Program-made: the position numbers and the translations under genes
Part shown: one piece after another, positions 59,701 to 64,000 of the stretch
How positions within the stretch are numbered: position 1 is the stretch's first letter
How the letters are laid out: each line of letters begins with the position of its first letter
NCBI RefSeq assembly: GCF_009914755.1
Contig: NC_060933.1
Length of the DNA stretch: 64,000 nucleotides
From: the human T2T-CHM13v2.0 reference genome, Homo sapiens
Reading direction: 5' to 3' (one strand)
Notes under the pieces: model-generated
The model's database searches: none
Told to the model about the DNA's origin: nothing
Seen by the model: the letters and a program-made list of their open reading frames with translations, nothing else

Positions 59701-60850
59701 TCCATGCCATTCCACTCGTGTTGATTCCATTCTTTCCTTTCCATTCAAGTTGAATCCATTCCATTGCATTCCATTCCATTTGATTCCATTCGATTGCACT
59801 CGGGTTGATTCCATTCCATTGCATTCCATTCCATTCGATTCCATTCCATTCCCTTCCATTCCCTTCCATTCCACTCTGGTTGATTCCATTCCTTTCCATT
59901 CCACTCGAATACATTCCCTCCTATTCCACTCGGAACGATTCCATTCCATTCCATTCCATTCCATTCCATTCCATTCCATTCCATTTTTTTCCATTCCATT
60001 CTATTCCGTATCATTCCATTCTATTCCATTCCATTCCATTCCATTCCATTCCATTCCATTGTACTCGGGTTGATTCCATTCCATTGCATTCCATTCCATT
60101 CCATTCCATTCCACTCAGTTGCATTCCATTCCATTACATTCGGATTGATTCTATTCAACTCCCTTACTCTCCATTACATTCCATTCCATTGGGGTTGTTC
60201 CATTCCATTCCATTCCATTCCACTCCATTCCATTGAACTCGGGTTGATTCCATTCCATTCCATTCCATTCCATTCCATTCCATTCCATTCCGGATGATTC
60301 CATTCCATTGCATTCCGTTCCATTACATTCCCCTGCACTCGCGTTGATTCCATTCCATTCCATTCCATTCCTTTCAATTCCATTCCATTACAATTCGTTC
60401 CATTCCATTCTATTCCGTACCATTCCATTCCATTCCATACCATTCCATTCCATTCCGTTCCATTCCATTCCGTTCCATTCCGTTCCATTCCATTCCATTC
60501 CATTCTATTCCATTCCATTGCAATCGAGTTGAATCCATTGCATTTCATTCCATTCCATTCCATTCCATTCCATTCCGGAAGATTCCATTCCATTGCATTC
60601 CATTCCATTCCATTCCCCTGCACTCACGTTGATTCCATTCCATTCCATTCCATTCCATTCCGTTCCATTCCATTCCATTCCATTCCATTCCATTCCGTTC
60701 CGTTCCGTTCCGTTCCATTCCATTCCATTCCATTCTATTCGGGTTAATTCCATTCCATTCCATTCCATTCCATTCTATTCGGGTTAATTCCATTCCATTT
60801 CATTCGATTGCAATCGAGTTGATTCTATTCCATTCCATTCCATTCCATTC
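56760..60850 (-). repeat. Internally deleted tandem copy of ~50050-56300
   Basis: Offsets step from 6716 (ORFs 50210/56926) to 5442 (53725/59167) to 4630-4590 (55480/60070). Shared markers include CCCTCTTATTCC, GGAACATTCC, CCAGTGCTTTCC and GCACTCACGTTG. Confidence 0.85.
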
Positions 60851-63800
60851 CATTCCATGCCTTTCCATTCCATTACGGATGATTCCATTCCATTCCATTC
60901 CATTCCATTCCATTTCGTTCCATTCCATTCTATTCCGTATCATTCCATTCCATTCCATTCCATTCCATTCCATTCCATTCCATTCCGGATGATTCCATTC
61001 CATTGGATTCCTTTCCATTACTTTCCCCTGAACTAGCGTTGATTCCATTCCATTCCATTCCATTCCATTCCATTCCATTACAATTCGTTCCATTCCATTC
61101 TATTCCGTACCATTCCATTCCATTCCATACCATTCCATTCCATTCCATTGCATTCCATTCCGTTCCATTCCGTTCCATTCCTTTCCATTCCATTCTATTC
61201 GGATTAATTCCATTCCATTCCATTCCATTCCATTCTATTCCATTCCATTGCAATCGAGTTGAATCCATTGCATTTCATTCCATTCCATTCCATTCCGGAA
61301 GATTCCATTCCATTGCATTCCATTCCATTCCATTCCCCTGCACTCGCGTTGATTCCATTCCATTCCATTCCATTCCATTCCGTTCCGTTCCATTCCATTC
61401 CATTCCATTCCATTCCGTTCCATTCCATTCCATTCTATTCGGGTTAATTCCATTCCATTCCATTTGATTGCAATCGAGTTGATTCCATTCCATTCCATTC
61501 CATTCCATTCCTTTCCATTCCATTACGGATGATTACATTCCATTGCATTCCATTCCATTCAAGTTGAATCCATTCCATTGCATTCCATTCCATTCGATTC
61601 CATTTGATTGCACTCGGGTTGATTCCATTCCATTGCATTCCATTCCATTCCATTCCATTCCATTCCATTCCATTCCGTTCCATTCCATTCCATTACATTC
61701 GGATTGATTCTATTCAATTCCCTTACACTCCATTACATTCCATTCCATTCGGGTAGTTTCCATTCCATTCCATTCCATTCCTCTCCATTCCATTGCACTC
61801 GGGTTGATTCCATTCCATTGCATTCCATTCCATTCCATTCAATTCCATTCCGTTCCATTCCATTCCATTACATTCGGATTGATTCTATTCAACTCCCTTA
61901 CTCTCCATTACATTCCATTCCATTCGGGTTGTTCCATACCATTCCATTCCATTCCACTCCATTCCATTGCACTCGGGTTGATTCCATTCCATTCCATTCC
62001 ATTCCATTCCATTCCATTCCATTCCATTCCGGAAGATTCCATTCCATTGCATTCCATTCCATTCCATTCCCCTGCACTCGCGTTTATTCCATTCCATTCC
62101 ATTCTATTCCATTTCATTCCCTTCCTTTCCGTTCCATTCCATTCCATTCCATTCCATTCCATTCCGTTCCGTTCCATTCCATTCCATTCCATTCTATTCG
62201 GGTTAATTCCATTACATTCCCTTCGATTGCAATCGAGTTGATTCCATTCCATTCCATTCCATTCCATGCCTTTCCATTCCATTACGGATGATTCCATTCC
62301 ATTGCATTCCATTCCATTCCGTTCTATTCGGGTTAATTCCATTCCATTCCATTCGATTGCAGTCGAGTTGATTCCATTCCATTCCATTCTATTCCATTCC
62401 ATTCCATTCCTTTCCATTCCATTACGGATGATTCCATTCTATTGCATTCCATTCCATTCCATTCCCCTGTACTCGGGTTGATTCCATTCCATTCCATTCC
62501 AATCCATGCCATTCCACTCGTTTTGATTCCATTCTTTCCATTCCATTCAAGTTGAATCCATTCCATTTCATTCCATTCCATTCCATTCCCCTGCAGTCGG
62601 GTTGTTTCCATTCCATTCCATTCCATTCCATTCCATTCCATTCCATTCCGTTCCGTTCCTTTCCATTCCATTCCATTCCATTCTATTCGGGTTAATTCCA
62701 TTCCATTCCATTCCATTCCCTTCCATTCCAATCGAGTTGATTCCATTCCATTCCATTCCATTCCATTCCATTCCATTCCACTCCCTTCCAGTCCTTTCCA
62801 TTCCATTCCACTCGGGTTGATTCCAATGTATTCCTTTCCATTCCATTCCATTCCATTGCAATCGAGTTGATTCCATTGCTTTGCATTCCATTCCATTCCA
62901 TTCCATTCCATTCCGAATGATTCCATTCCATTGCATTCCATTCCATTCCATTCCGCTGCACTCGGGTTGATTCCATTCCATTCCACTCCATTCCTTTCCA
63001 TTCCATTCCATTGCATTGTATTCGTGTTAATTCCATTCCATTCCATTCCATTCCATTCCATTCCATTACAATCGAGTTGATTCCATTCCATTCCATTCCA
63101 TTCCAGTCCTTTCCATTCCATTCCTCTCGGGTTGATTCCATTCTATTAGTTTCCATTCCATTCCATTCCCTTCCATTCCACTCTGGTTGATTCCATTCCT
63201 TTCCATTCCACTCGAATACATTCCCTCCTATTCCACTCGGAACGATTCCATTCCATTCCATTCCATTCCATTCCATTCCATTCCATTCCATTTCGTTCCA
63301 TTCCATTCTATTCCGTATCATTCCATTCCATTCCATTCCCTTCCATTCCATTCCATTCCATTCCATTCCATTGTACTCGGGTTGATTCAATTCCATTGCA
63401 TTCCATTCCATTCCGTTCCATTCCATTCCGTTGCATTCCATTCCATTACATTCGGATTGATTCTATTCAACTCCCTTACTCTGCATTACATTCCATTCCA
63501 TTAGGGTTGTTCCATTCCATTCCATTCCATTCCACTCCATTCCATTGCACTCGGGTTGATTCCATTCCATTCCATTCCATTCCATTATATTGCGGATGAT
63601 TCCATTCCATTGCATTCCGTTCCATTACATTCCCCTGCACTCGCGTTGATTCCATACCATTCCATTCCATTCCATTCTATTCCATTCCATTACAATTCGT
63701 TCCATTCCATTCTATTCCGTACCATTCCATTCCATTCAATACCATTCCATTCCATTCCATTCCATTCCGTTCCATTCCGTTCCATTCCATTCCATTCCAT

Positions 63801-64000
63801 TCTATTCGAAATAATTCCATTCCATTCCATTCCATTCCATTCCATTCCATTCCATTGCAATCGGTTTGAACCCATTGCATTTCATTCCATTCCATTCCAT
63901 TCCATTCCATTCCGGAAGATTCCATTCCATTGCATTCCATTGCATTCCATTCCCCTGCACTCGCGTTGATTAAATTCCATTCCATTCCATTCCATTCCGT

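Larger units (their letters stand above)
44123..64000 (-). repeat. Satellite III (HSat3-type) array, inverted orientation, (ATTCC)n on + strand
   Basis: Same motif vocabulary in reverse complement (ACTCGGGTTG, AATCGAGTTG, CTATTCGGGTTAA, CCCCTGCA), continuing to the end of the window. Confidence 0.96.

Noticed and set aside
1-64000. Hundreds of ORFs up to 365 aa (MEWNG and FHSIP repeats)
   Set aside because: (GGAAT)n has no stop codon in any frame and supplies an ATG every 5 bp. The ORFs overlap in all six frames, are low-complexity and show no domain, so there is no evidence of coding function.
1-64000. CRISPR-like repeat/spacer organisation
   Set aside because: The interruptions are recurring degenerate pentamer derivatives, not unique spacers. 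There is no constant repeat length and no cas genes.
1-64000. Alpha satellite, CENP-B boxes, HSat2, telomeric repeat, or Alu/L1 insertions
   Set aside because: None was seen on reading. There is no 171-bp monomer, TTCGTTGGAA box, TTAGGG run, poly-A tail or unique sequence.
1-64000. Disease-type (TGGAA)n repeat expansion
   Set aside because: Pure runs are short (the longest I noted was about 12 units, 11668-11727) and lie within a complex satellite, not a unique-sequence intron.
1-64000. Firm assignment to human chr9 HSat3B5
   Set aside because: It is plausible given the inversion and the HSE content, but species, chromosome and subfamily need a k-mer or alignment search that I cannot run.

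Overview
The whole 64 kb window is non-coding primate satellite III (human HSat3-type) pericentromeric DNA. It consists of (GGAAT)n pentamers interrupted by a limited set of CpG-containing motifs (CAACCCGAGT, CAACTCGATT, TTAACCCGAATAG, CATCCGG/CTTCCGG and others). I see no genes, RNA genes, transposons or CRISPR arrays; every listed ORF (MEWNG/FHSIP repeats) is an artefact of a stop-free pentamer. The main structural event is an inversion breakpoint at ~44,125: GGAAT is on the + strand to the left and on the - strand to the right. The junction has 5-bp microhomology (ACTCG) inside a 22-bp quasi-palindrome, with an adjacent ~100-bp deletion and a ~30-bp module fragment. Other patterns are (i) about 40 perfect in-register heat-shock elements (nGAAn-nTTCn-nGAAn), (ii) nested, mosaic duplications with offsets of ~0.8, 1.4, 5.9, 6.7, 7.6, 11.7 and 23 kb rather than one fixed higher-order repeat, (iii) a nearly invariant 175-bp spacing between two paralogous modules, and (iv) almost exclusively -1 register shifts. 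All counts and duplication boundaries come from manual reading and are approximate. The species, chromosome and HSat3 subfamily cannot be established without a search.
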